DNA of 64,000 nucleotides from Dicyema japonicum (GCA_011109175.1 RDEW01000026.1:62001-126000), one strand, 5' to 3'; numbered from the stretch's first letter, positions 12,490 to 24,289 are shown. The notes: a model not told the origin generated them from the sequence alone. Translations and numbers: made by a program.

Positions 12490-14620
12490 CAGGGGTTCTC
12501 AACCTGGGGTCGATTCGACCCCCAGGGGTCTAAAATCAATCCAGATCGATCGTAAGGGGGTCGAAAATGAAATATTTGGGGGTCGAAAATAAATTTAATA
12601 TATTTAATCTTTTTCAATTTAAATTAAGTTAGTTTATTTTTAAAGTGGAAAACCTTTGTTCTTTAAAATTTTTAAAATTACCATGCTTGTTTTTGTTCGT
12701 GTATGAAAATTTTTAAAATTACCATCGTTTGGGTCTTCCGACGTCTATGGTTGGAAAATATAAAGGATTTGCGGCATATTTGAAAAAATTATGTCCAAAT
12801 GTGATTCATATACATTGCGTTCTACATAGACAACATTTGGTTTCAAAAGCTCTTTCGCCAATTCTACATGAAACGTTAAATATAGTTATTAAAACCATAA
12901 ACAAAATTAAAGCAAACAGCAAGTATGAATGTCTTTTTAAAAAATTTTGCTATGAGGCTAAAGAAACATATTTCCGTCTTGTGCTTCACACTGAGGTTAT
13001 AGTTTCCAATTTTATTTTACAGATACGATGGTTATCAAAGGGAATTGCATTAGAACGATTTTCAATATTATATGACACAATCGTAAATTTTCTTATTTCT
13101 GAGGTGAGAAAAATTTAGCAGATTTAATTGTTTAGAAAAAGAAAGAAATTGTTTATTTGACTTGGATTTTTGGAAAATTTGATGAAGTTTCATTAGAACT
13201 TCAGGGAAAGTATGTGACGTTAATAGATTGTAAAAGAATTATTAAAATATTTATTGAAAAAATTAAGTTATATAAATATATTTTGGAAAAAAATTATTAT
13301 AACATTCCCGAATTCTAATCAATTGGTCAAACATTTGATGAAGATATTAACAATTTTTTGCAACATTTATTAAGTATAGAAAGATTTGATTCTTCGATTC
13401 CAAGATATTCTTGAATTAGAAATTCCATCTTGGATGATTAATCCGTTTTTGTCAAAGCCAGAAGAACATAAAGAAATTATTAAAGAGGAATTAGTTATGT
13501 TAAAATTCAATCCAGAATTAAAACTATATTATAATGATTCACAATCACCTGTTATTTTTTGGCAAAATATGAAAGTGAAGGAGAGTTATCCAAAATTGTG
13601 GACAGAAATAGCACAATTACTACTTATTTTCCGACATCATACTGTGTTGAATGCGGATTTAGCATTCTACATCGAATTGTAAATAAAGAACGAAACAGTC
13701 CATTAGAGGAGATCTTCGATTAAAAATAACACAAATAGAGCCAGATATCGAATCTTTGGTCAAAAAACATCAGTCACAGGGATCCCATTGGTATTTAATT
13801 TTTTTATTATAGATTTATATTAAGATACCAACTTAACATCGAGTATATACTTTTTTTGGTTTATTTGATTATTAACAATGAATTCATTTTAGATAATTAA
13901 CTAATTTTACTTAGAATTAAAGTTTGTCAACCCCATGAGTGCCGATGCGGCCGGAAGGTCGACTGCTATGGACATCATGCCCTTTCTTGTCGAAAAAGCG
14001 CAGGTCGATTCGCTAGACACAAGGCTATAAATGAAGTGGTGAAGCGCGCCCTCGAGTTGGCGGGATACCCATCCATTCTAGAGCCAACGGGCTTGAGTAA
14101 AGATGATGGGAAGCGACTCGATGGAATTACTGTCTTCCCCTTGTCTCGAGGCAAATGCTTAATTTGGGATGCTGCCTGTACTGAGAGCTTTTCCCAGTCG
14201 AAACTTTTGAGGTCGGCAATGAAAGCGGGAGAGGCCGCCCGTTTATATGAAACTCAAAAATAAAGAAATACAGCAGCCTCCTAAACCGTTTCCATGTACA
14301 GCCTCCGGTCGTCGAGACGAGCGGAGTCTTCGGCCCCAAGACGGTCTCTTTCCTAGAGCACTTGAGTGTCTATTGACCAAAGCCTCGAGGGAGCGTCGGG
14401 AAACCGAGTGGCTTTTCCAAAGGATATCCCTGGCAGTAGTCAGAGGTAACAGCCACTCGATCATATCCGCTGGACTCTAGAACGATTTTATTGTTATAAA
14501 TAAATGTTTACTTAGAATTATCTGTTCAAAATAAAAAGGTTTTAAGGGGTCGAGTAAATAATAGGGGGGTCGAAAAAAAAGTCAAGGGGTCGACGAGTAA
14601 AAAAAGGTTGAGAACCCCTG
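12490..14620 (+). mobile_element. hAT (Charlie/Buster-type) DNA transposon, internally deleted
   Basis: 16-bp perfect TIR caggggttctcaacct, 8-bp TSD ctataaat (12482-12489 / 14621-14628) and subterminal ggggtcga repeats at both ends. HCVLHRQHL, HTE|IRWLSKG and GDLRLKITQIEPDI motifs. Confidence 0.95.
13920..14506 (+). mobile_element. 5'-truncated CRE-like retrotransposon (RLE domain) inserted in the hAT element
   Basis: 14-bp TSD tttacttagaatta (13906-13919 / 14507-14520). CRCG..HALSCRKSAGR..RHKAIN, KRLDGITVFP and IWDAAC motifs. Confidence 0.9.
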
Positions 14621-14762
14621 CTATAAATCACGCTAGAAATCTAGGTTTACCGCTATAAAAAAATAAAATCTTTATAATCATAACATTTATGAATAAAAAA
14701 CTAATTTAACAGGATTAAATCACGATATAAATCGGATATATAAAATTAAATGTCGGATAATC

Positions 14763-14869
14763 CAATGAGGTGCTCATCCTCACCTTTGTAGGTCTGGGAT
14801 CACTTAGTTAGATGAGAACTTTTATTTCTTTCTTTTTGACCCAGTGATCCTGGGGGTAATAATAATAAT
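14763..14869 (+). mobile_element. 107-bp LINE 3'-end fragment (xGIT* family) with terminal hairpin and (TAA)n tail
   Basis: 14-bp TSD aatgtcggataatc (14749-14762 / 14870-14883), stem ggatcact/agtgatcc and tail gggggtaataataataat. Confidence 0.9.
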
Positions 14870-16764
14870 AATGTCGGATAATCAAAAGACCTTTTCAAGG
14901 TCGAAAAAATGTAACAGGCTACCCATGCGTTACGCGCCGCCCATGTGACACATCATAACCAGCCGACCGATTTCCCTTTAGATGCATAAATGCATCGGTT
15001 ACTTCCTTTATTGTAATTTTGTTTGTAAGGGGTCTCGGATATCCAATAAATTTAGGTACATTCATCCCTTCAGATTTAAACAACGACTCGAAGTGTCTAG
15101 CATTATAATTTGCATTTATCCTCAGGGTTTTGAAGATATTGACCTTCGTCGTATATAGACTTTCAGTGGTTTCTTTGCAGTTCCTCGTGTAAGTAGTCTA
15201 ACAGCAGAGAACATTCGTCTTCCATATTGACAGTTTTCGATTTCAGTTGCTTTATCGTCCAAATATTTATGCCAAAGGATATTTGATCGTCTTCTTCTCA
15301 GATGCGATATTTGATTCGTTTTCTCCTTAATGCACATTTATTCGAATTTGAACTTCCCAGTATCGAACGTATTTCTTTCTGCTGCTCAGACAATTCTCGA
15401 ATTAAGGGGTCATGAATCATTCGTCTATTTTGGTCTTTTTCCTGGTATCCAACAGTCTCTATCGCCGACAGTTTTAAAATATCCAAGATCTTCCAGAGGT
15501 CAGTCGAGGGGGTGCCACTGGGTTCAACTCCACGTAAACGTTTAGAGACATTTTGTTGGTATCTCTTTTGCCAAGTGTCAAAAGTCAACATTTCCACAGC
15601 CAAACGTCTATTTAGAGGTGTGCTTTTCCTCTTGACTGCCTCAATTCCGTAGTATCGTTTGAGATTTAATCTGGCCACCGTTAGCTTATGGTCACTGTCA
15701 GTAGTGGTTCCTCCATAACTCCAAGAGTCAGACAAAAGTCTCTTCAAGGAGATAGGGCAGATAATGTAGTCTATTTGGTTGAATATTATGTTCGTCTTTG
15801 GACCTTCTTATGCCAACCCAGGTAGTTCTATGTTTTGCTGGGTGTTTAAAAGTGGTATTGCATAGATACAGATTTGATGAATTACAAAAATCCATGAGTG
15901 AGTGTCCAGAGAGATTACGATACCCTCTGCCATATTTTCCCATACAGACTTTGCCCATGTGTGGGGCATATACATTGATAACAGTCATCATAGTATTGTT
16001 TGTAGATGATAAACACAATTGCATAACGGCAACACGATCACTGACTGTCCATACTTTATGCAAGCAGTTCACTAGGTTCCAGTTAATTGCAAAACCAAGA
16101 CCGTAATGTCGATTTTCTGATGGAGTAGAAGAATCCGGTAGTTACCAATGGTTTCATCGGATCCTAGAGCGTTCTTTGTTTCCTGTATGCAGCAAATGTC
16201 GATTTTGTAATGGGACAGATCTTCGGATAATAGTTCCCTCTTGATCAGAGATGAGAGGCCACGAACATTGTATGTGGCGATGGAAAACAAGGATTTTGCA
16301 TTTAGACATGATAAAGACATGAATTTTTCTAGAGAAGAAAAACAGAAGCACGTCACCACTTCAACCAAAAAGGTCCCAGAGTTAAAGAGGTTTTAAAATC
16401 AATTATTATCTTATGAATTAATAATAATATTACTTGATTAGATAATATATTACATTTTATTAATAACAATAATAGGATGATTGCATCACTGGCAATTGGA
16501 TTAGTTAAGTTGGTCAACTAAGTAGATTCTATCGACGTTCGTTATCATAGAGAGCCACTTATGATTATTTTTAATACCTCCATCTGATAATCTAAGAACC
16601 AACGGAATAAGTCTTTTTTAGGTTTTTTATTTGATGATGAAACTTCCCCTTGGTAACTCAACGTGTTTCTGGGAGGAACAAACAGTCCACAATGTATAAA
16701 CTAAAAATCCTCACTAAAAGGATTAAAAACACAAACAAAAGTTTATTAACAAAAAAGTTATTAT

Positions 16765-17319
16765 TCAGATAAACGACTCAAGAAAATCAATGACTTTGTG
16801 AGGACAACGAACACGTGCAAGACTCAGAGATACTAATTCAGCCTTTGATTGACCTTTACTGAAAATTTTAAATATAATTTACTATTTAATTAGAAAGTGG
16901 ATCTCTTCCCGTTATTATTTGACTCCAACAATTTTTTCAACCTCCAGCTTTTGATTCCTTAGATACGTCTTTGGTCGAAGTCTTTTGACTGGTCTTTGTG
17001 GACCACTTTCTGTCGCTTTAGGAGCAGGTTTTGTGGTAGAAACTGACTTTTTAGAGGTAGTTTTAGAAGGAATCTCGGTCTTTTTAACTGGAGTCGACTT
17101 TCTTGAAGCAGAGGTTGGCTTTTTGTTTCGCTGTTCGAATTCTTGTATGAGGTTATGACAGTCTATGTTTTCTAGAGGTTCCCAAGTTGCATCCTCACTA
17201 AAGAGTCGTTAAAGATGAGAATACTCTGGATAGTTCATCCACTTTACTCTGTAGAACTTCTTTCCGTTCTCAGTATTTTCATCCAGAATGGATTCCACCT
17301 CATAATCTTCACAAGACAT
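16765..17319 (-). CDS. CBX/HP1: Heterochromatin protein 1 (chromodomain + hinge + chromo-shadow domain); two in-frame TAA in this sequence
   Basis: YEVESILD...YRVKWMNYPDEDATWEPLENIDC and EVEKIVG...HFLIKY...RCPHKVIDFLE. Introns of 27 nt (17198-17224) and 23 nt. TAATAA at 16912-16917. Confidence 0.85.
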
Positions 17320-17489
17320 TAAGATCAATTAAACGCCGCGCTAAATTTATTATATTATATAAACAGTATATTATTGTAAAGTTGTTTTTGTTACTAATAT
17401 TTAAAATAATATTATTAATTTCAGAAAAATTTATTATCCCTTTAAATTCACTGATCCTTGGCTAATAAAATAAATTATTAATTTAAAAA

Positions 17490-19500
17490 AAATAATTGAT
17501 AAGCCACCTTTCTACCCCGAAAGGGAAGATTTTTGATTTGACAGTTCGTCCAAACCTAAAGCTGTGGTTGACCAATTTTCTCTCTGAGCGACGTGGTGGT
17601 CATCTTAGATCAGGTCATGATTACTGTCAAAAACAGTACCCTAGGTTCCTCGCTTTCTCCGACCTTTTTCAATCTTTTCCTCAACTACATACCAAACTAC
17701 GGGAACGAAAATTTTGTGTTATATCCTGAAGAAGACTAAATAATTGCAACACAAAATCGATTAACGCAAGCTGCAACCGCTAATCCCAAACCGCTGAAAA
17801 CCATCTACGATTTGTTGACTGTCACCCTACCTATTAGTTCTGCCGATAAATCAATATGTACGCTTTTCACCTCAGACCGTCGTTCAAAAGAAGATCCAAG
17901 TTTTTCATCGGTTCTGTCCAGATACCAGTAACAAAGTCTCCCTTAGGCTATTGAATTTCAACTCTCATACGAAAGAAAGGTCTGCATAAGTTGTAAATTG
18001 TACGCGCGCTTGTCGGGAGGACTTCTTTGAATTTGGATGCATCTGTTGCAATACTCTACTGGCAAACTATCGCTCCACCTGTGGGGTATGCCTCTGTTGC
18101 GCGGAGATTCGCGTTATCAGAAACTACGCTCAACATGCTTTTGAACTGTGGTGCTGTAGGAAGTTACTAAGAATCCCTTGGACTTCCAAAATAACAAACA
18201 TCGATGTACTCAAACGGATAGAGACGGACATTTCGCTAAAAGGAAGAATTGTAAAACACAGATTGGCGTTCTTTTGGCATGTAGTCCGCTCTGATTCCCT
18301 GGAAAGAACTATTATGCTGAGCAATATTACTGGGAAGAGAAGACATGGCCGACCGAGGACTCGGTGGCTATCCACGGTGGAAGACGTCACGGGAACTCCA
18401 AATTGCAACGGATCGGGGAGAGTGGAGGAAACTCGGTCATGAGATTTCTAAGGGTCGGACACGACTCAATTGGACAACATAACATAACGTTCAACAAACT
18501 CAATTCAATAATGGGCCCTCATTCTGGATCAATGGTTAATCCCCTACTCATGGAAGCTAAGACCCGTGGTCGCGGATCCGGATTCTTTAGGGTCTGTAAG
18601 GAGGATAGAAGCCCGCTTAGCCTGTTTTTTTCCAAAGCAAAAGAAAGTTGATTGGTTAGGAAGTTCCCCTCCCCAATAGGATTCCTCTGCAGAAATGAGA
18701 GAAGGCTCTTTCGCACGGTAGTGGCAACAATTGGAGACTAAAGTAGTTCGATGGCTCGTTTGATTGTGGGAACTGGGATTACCTAACTGTCTGATATTTT
18801 TTGTCTTTCTTTTTTTAATCAAACCGTACCTGTCATTTTCCGGTTTCGTGCTTATCATTGGACTACAACCCATCTTTCTAAGCTGACTCAATAGTTGATG
18901 GATTTAATAGCAATAAACCTCCCACAATGGTTGCATCAATTTAACAAAGCTTTTGCCCCAACAATGAAACACGTTTGAGCAAGAAAATCATTGCTACAAG
19001 TATCCCGTCCTGTTTGAAAATATAGCTACTCATTTTCCTATATGTCAACCTACTCTCATTATCGATACCTTCCAAACGGCTTTCCTCACGATTCGATTAT
19101 ATGTCCGGCCTTGTTTAATCCTCATCTATAAAGTTTACCAACAACCAGAACACAATTCTTCTTATGATATCACATTACTTCTCGCCACCGAGACTTAAAC
19201 GTTGCTTCTAGAGCTAGAGCCGTTATTTTTGATTGCGGCGTGGTCAAACATTGGGGGGGGGGGTAAATTTGTTAGACGTGTTGCCTGCTAGGGAGTTGAT
19301 CTTGTATGAATTGGATATTGAAGCTCCATAGGCCCATGAGGCACAAGGATATTCTATCGTCGGTTTTAGATGTTGATTTAACAAAACGCCAGCATTCCCG
19401 TGATGGCCTGAACTTTAAGAGCGATTTGATTATATTTAGTTTCCTGAGACCCTTTGTCATAAAGTTCTTCACATGTTGAGAAAATGTAATCAAATTGAAT
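17490..19500. mobile_element. Cluster of decayed LINE fragments (RT piece + strand; RTE C-terminus + strand 17780-18460; retro remnants - strand)
   Basis: KLWLTNFLSERR; AFELWCCRKLLRIPW...FFGHVVR...GRPRTRW on the + strand; FSQHVKNFMTKGLRKLNIIK on the - strand. Confidence 0.65.
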
Positions 19501-19569
19501 ATAAAATAATAATCCACGCTAGAAAATTTCGTCACCTTGACCTGATGCCTAGTACCAAGACTGTTGTCA

Positions 19570-20400
19570 AAGATGTACCAACTTCTAAAATCCATTTTTA
19601 ATGATGAAAATGTGAATATTTCGAAACAAATGAGGTACCGAATAAAAAAGAAAGCTGAAAATTTTATTGTTATTGATGAAAAGCTATATTTGAAAGCTGT
19701 TAACGGACTTCACAAACTCGTGATACCTTTAACTAGTAAAGAAGAAATGAGGACTATTGCTCAGGAGATTCACCAGACAAATCACTGTGGACATAACGCC
19801 CTGGATGCGCTTTGTCGTAGGTGATTTTGCGCTATCAAAAGAACTGTTATTTGTCAAGTTGTAAAAGACTGCAATGTTTGCAAGTTTGCAGTGCCTCTCA
19901 AACAGTGCCTCTATCGAAAATAATGGTTTTGGATGACAAGGAAGAGTGGATAAAGCACATTCGAAAGGCTGTGTTTTTATACAATCAAACGCCTCACTCA
20001 TCCACAGGTAAATTTGTGCTTTTATTTTTTTGTAGGTGTTAGTCCGTTTCAGAGATATCGAGGGATTCCGGCTACAACACCATTGTGAAAATACTATGAG
20101 ACAGACGGTGAAGACAACCTGGAAAGTGTGGATAATATTGCTGAATTAACAGAGCCAGACGGTAAATACAGCCTCGAAACTTATAGTAAAGGTTTTTTGT
20201 CTACAATTATACAAAAAATTATTACAAATTTGATTTTCCTCGGGTATAAAAAAAAGATGGGAGTGCATCGATCGAAATATGAATTTAACATTGGAGATAG
20301 AGTATTCAATTTATAATTACTTAAAAAAATCGTATTCAGAAGGACTATGGAACTGATCCTTCACTACGTCTGCAAAGGTTTGAGCATCCCTACGAAGCTG
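19570..20400 (+). mobile_element. Second Ginger-like integrase remnant (catalytic core deleted) with a 28-nt intron
   Basis: IHQTNHCGHN...CNVC (HHCC), YNQTPHSST(intron)GVSPF and MGVHRSKYEFNIGDRV...GTDPSLRL. The C-terminus matches that of the 11360-14950 element (VHNSKYTFNMGDKV...GTNPSLRL). Confidence 0.75.
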
Positions 20401-22280
20401 ATGTCACTATTGTTGCTAATGAAAGTCACTCCCAGAATAGTTGGATGAATCTGTAGTGGTAAGGAGTCTCAATAAATGTTCAAATCCAGTGTATGTTTTC
20501 CTGAAGATTGTATACGTTGATTTATCCCTGGATAGGTCGTCAATATGTGACTGAAGCTCTGATTTTGCTGTCCCCACGTATTTGTTCCTGCTAGCGATGA
20601 TTAGGTCGTCAGCATAAGTGAGAAGCATTGAATCTGGTCCTCCAGGGCAGGGTAAATCGTTGAGGAATAAGTTGAATAACGCCGGAGAGAGGGGCGATCC
20701 TTGAGGGACGCCATTTGGTAGGAGACGGGACCTCGATTTTGCATGGCCTATACAGACACGTCGTCTTCTTCCGGAGAGAAGATTGGCAATCCATTTTTTC
20801 AAAGCCGGCTGAATGGTTGTGTCAAAAACCTCCTTCGTGAGTAATGTTCTCGGGACAGAATCGAACGCTTTCTGGATGTCCAGGAAGACCACTATTGTCC
20901 GTAGATGGCGTTTCGGTTGTTGAACCCTTCTGATATAAATTGAGACAGTGAAGTCAAATGTGTCGTAGTTGAACGCTCACATTTGAAACCATGTTGAAAG
21001 TGACAGTCGGGCAAATGGGGTTTAATTTTCCAGAGTACGAGTTTCTCCATTAGGCGCGATAATGCGCACGTTAATGAAATTGGACGGTAGGAAGAAGGTA
21101 AGGCCCTATCTTTCTTTTTTCTGATGAGTTTTGTAATTCTCTGATTTAAGCATTTTATATTTTCCAAATCAGAAGAAGTTTGCAGATGTTTCATCTTCAG
21201 GGAGTTTCTTTGTGTGATGAGGAGGGATTAGTCTCCGAGTAGGCTTGTAGGATTTGTAAACTGCACGTGGTACAAACAACTTTTCAGCTTGAAGGATTAC
21301 ATGGTTTAGATGGTCCACTCCTTTGTCGATGGAGCAAAATGAGGTGGAATCAAAATGTATTAGGTTGTGGTCAATGAAGAGCTTGAAATTCGACCAGTCA
21401 GCTTTCTTGTAGACCTTGAAGGTTGCTTTAATTCTACGTGAGTTATTGAATCGGCTCAGTTTTAATATAATCGGATTATGGTCACTATGAAAATCGTAGG
21501 AGACGTTTCATGAAATCTTCGGGGCAATCCTAGAGGAAGCAATGGATATGTCGGGGGAGGTTGGGTTGTCATTACTTCGGACTGGGTGTCCTTGTGAAGA
21601 TTCGGGTGATTCAGAATTTTTTCGAGAGAGTCGATAATTAGACTCCCTCTCTTGTCTGCCGACTGGGTACTGAACCATTGCGGATGTTTGGCGTTGAAAT
21701 CGTCACATAGTAACACATTTCGAATTTCTTGTAGTTTGTCGAGCTTCGGAACATAGTTAATAGGACAGGACCCCGGTGGTGGAATGTAAATGTTGATTAG
21801 AATAAGATGTTCTGACCCATTAATAAGATCAATAGAAATTTGTTCCGCGGTCCTGTTGTGTATAATTAAATCACTTGCGAGCTCACATCGTGGAAGGATA
21901 AACCGTTTTTAATAATAAGTAAGCCGCCACCACGTCCAATACGGTCTTTTCTGATAGAGATGTATCCAGGAATAAGTGGGGTTGTACTCTTTGTAGAAAG
22001 TTTTGACTCCTGGATTAGGCAGATGTCAATCTTGTGCTTCGTTAATAAACATCGTAACTCCAGAATCTTTGTTTTTATTCCATTGAGTTGCATAATAACA
22101 AGGGGTTTTGGTCCAGGGTTTATTCAAATATCTCCATAAAGCAATAGAATCCAGGGGAACAAACAACATCTCGAGTTTCCTGTTGAGGTATACCATCCAG
22201 GCATAAGGAGTCTGGAAATGGTTCTTTTTGGTGTTTTTCTACACTGAGCGCCACCACAAAAGGTAAACCACATGACGTCA
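20400..22280 (-). mobile_element. Vingi/Ingi-like LINE, copy 3 (HDV-like ribozyme, leader ORF with 2A, APE, RT; 3'-truncated)
   Basis: MPGWYTSTGNSRCCLFPWILLLYGDI*INPGP-KPLVIMQLNG in frame with APE (ICLIQESKL, RKDRIGRGGG). RT VFLDIQKAFDSV, NGVPQGSPLSP and TYADD. Confidence 0.9.
22219..22280 (-). ncRNA. HDV-like self-cleaving ribozyme candidate (62 nt) at LINE 5' end
   Basis: tgacgtc-atg-tggttt-acc-ttttgt-ggt-ggcgctca-gtgt-agaaaa-acac-caaaaa-gaacca. P1, P2 (6 bp), P3 (3 bp), P4 and a C-A-rich J4/2 occur in HDV order. L3 and P1.1 are degenerate. Confidence 0.65.
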
Positions 22281-22339
22281 CGTTAATTTTTTTGAGGAGC
22301 CATCTAAAAGGTTCACCACGAAAATCACAATGCTTCTTT

Positions 22340-24200
22340 ACGAAAAGAGACAAGGATAATCCCAGAAATAAATTTGAATGACTCCATGATCAAAAAGACA
22401 TCCTCCATCCTCGGAGTTACGTTGACGCATTTATGTCATTACACATCTGGTAGCTTCGGGGATGCAAAGGAGATAATTTTTGAATCTCTGGTATCTTTTT
22501 ACGTTTACCAAGCCTCGAATACGTATGGGACATGTATACAACCTCTCTTGTTATCGAATCAGAATAAATTGGGGGTAATACTAAACTGATGCCTCAGACT
22601 TATTGTGATTGTGAAACGGAAACCAATCTCGCAGTTACGGAAAAAGTTAAAAACCGTGATAACCCGATTGAACGACAGTAATGGAATTCCCTTTTTAATT
22701 AATCCGGGATTATAATAAAAATTGTGGAGGAAGATAGTCATTCAAAAATTACGTATACAATAACTCTTATCCACTTGATCTGCAGTTAATAGGTTAACAT
22801 CAATATAACTGCAGTGTCAAGACTGAGTAAAGAAGGCCTATATAAACAATTCATTCATGTTCTAACTCTTATAAAGACTATGTGGCCCCATGTGGTCCTT
22901 ATCGATAATTGGTGTAAAATTTATCTTCCTTTCCTCTGATGATGTCATTGTATTCACCTTAATCCATCTATTCATTACACCGGGAAACAATTTCGTCCCC
23001 AAGTTCTGGAATCGACCTCAGCTTCTCAGGCAATGTCACTGTGCTCGAATAAAAGTTCTGTTGGAATTCGTCAGGCTCAAGGAATTAGTTTGTATGGTTT
23101 TACCCTTGGTCTTTGGGCAGCGCATTCTTGTGACGACTGGATCCTGGAGTTAAGAATGATTTAATGACGTTGAGGTGCTGGAAGGGATGAATTATAACAT
23201 TCATCATTTGTCATTATTTTTCTTTTGTTTAAAAAATTTTCATATAATGATTGGGCTGTAGGCTTGAGAGAGGTATTACATAGCTTTCACTTCCAAATGG
23301 TCTCCAATGAGAAGGATTTTTGAGTTGATTTGGACATCGTTCCTACACATATTTTGAAAATTACTAAAAGTATTTTGTTAAAGGGAAGTGATTGTCAATG
23401 AATTGTTTAAATTGGTTGAAATTTAGTTGGAGATGGTTGGATGTGAATAGTGACATGGATTTCAAAGGAGAAGATTGATGATTTGCTCCAAACTACCCTT
23501 CAAGAGAGTGAAAGTGGTTCTAGACATTTTCCGTAGAGGTCAGGCGATCATTAGACCATCCGCATATGACAGAAGTGATTTTAGTTATTGAAATCATCAG
23601 CGATATACTGAACAAGGGTAGAGAGGTACGTTGATGTCGAGTGTTGGGGACAAAAGATAATCTGAATAAGGAAGATGCACGTATATTATTTTGAGTAGGA
23701 AGCGTTTAACAATTTTGGATGCTATGGATAGTAGTGAAATCGGACATTCCGAATTTGAAGAATCTTTTTTTGTCTCAGATTATTTTTTAGTTTTTCCATA
23801 AAGCTTGAATTCGACAGTTATCGATAGAAGCAGAAATATATCTGTGATTATTTTAAGGCCATGTATGCCCAGGAGCTTCAAATAGAAAATCCAGATTTCG
23901 TTTATCCCTTTGGTTGGAAAGTTTTTTGAGTTTTTAATGAGATTTTCTACATCAGTGGTACTCATTACAATATGTTTTCCATTAGGAGTATTTACGTTAT
24001 TTAATTTACATGCTCGGGAGGAATTGTTATGTTGATTTTACTCACTTTTACGTTGTGGTCTTCTATGATAATTGTCTGATCAGAGAAATCACGTGGGGAT
24101 AGATTCTCATCTATTCTATTTTGTGTTGACTAAATATCACGTAAGACTCCCTATAAATCTGATAGTCTATTTCGGTGACGAAATTGTTCCTTTTCTTCTT
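22340..24200 (-). mobile_element. Heavily decayed LINE fragments (RT and C-terminus)
   Basis: RT N-part DVENLIKNSKNFPTKGINEI (23780-23965) and scattered RT and thumb motifs. Confidence 0.55.
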
Positions 24201-24289
24201 GATGATTAAATCATTCATTTCTCTGTTTAGGTTGGATTGCTCAGCCATAGGGATTCTTGATTTATTTAGTCAGCGTCTTGTATGAATAT

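Larger units (their letters stand above)
11360..14950 (-). mobile_element. Ginger-like (Gypsy-integrase-related) DNA transposon, about 1.33 kb net, with intron-containing transposase
   Basis: 41-bp TIRs TGTCACATGGG... (11360-11400 / 14910-14950; 34 of 41 identical) and 5-bp TSD catta/catca. HHCC (LHEFSHGG...CEVC) and DDE (FQVDLIDL, LQLDNGSEF, QGIVER) motifs. ATG at 12480. Confidence 0.9.
9903..16371 (-). mobile_element. Full-length degenerate RTE-clade LINE (about 2.9 kb net) interrupted by nested elements
   Basis: 13-bp TSD ggtcccagagtta (9890-9902 / 16372-16384). APE FSIATYNVRGL...CCIQETK, RT IDLTKAFDSI, GTPQGDSLSP and YADDV, C-terminal RWRLFGHILR and GRPR. (CTAA)n 3' tail. Confidence 0.95.

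Noticed and set aside
12506-12590. CRISPR-like or iteron-like ggggtcga repeats
   Set aside because: They are subterminal transposase-binding repeats of the hAT element, with no regular spacers and in a eukaryotic context.
16470-16720. Extra HP1 3' exons or a small separate gene
   Set aside because: An open frame with a 20-nt intron-like segment exists, but it has no start, no in-frame link to HP1 and no homology.
16912-16917. TAA/TAG reassigned to Gln (ciliate-like code), suggested by the HP1 in-frame TAAs
   Set aside because: eRF3, ACAT2 and S6K have no in-frame TAA/TAG and use CAA/CAG. Enkurin, TMEM33 and PIAS end at TAA at the expected positions.
19254-19264. Poly-G run as a functional G-quadruplex
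   Set aside because: A single run at a junction of TE fragments, with no other support.
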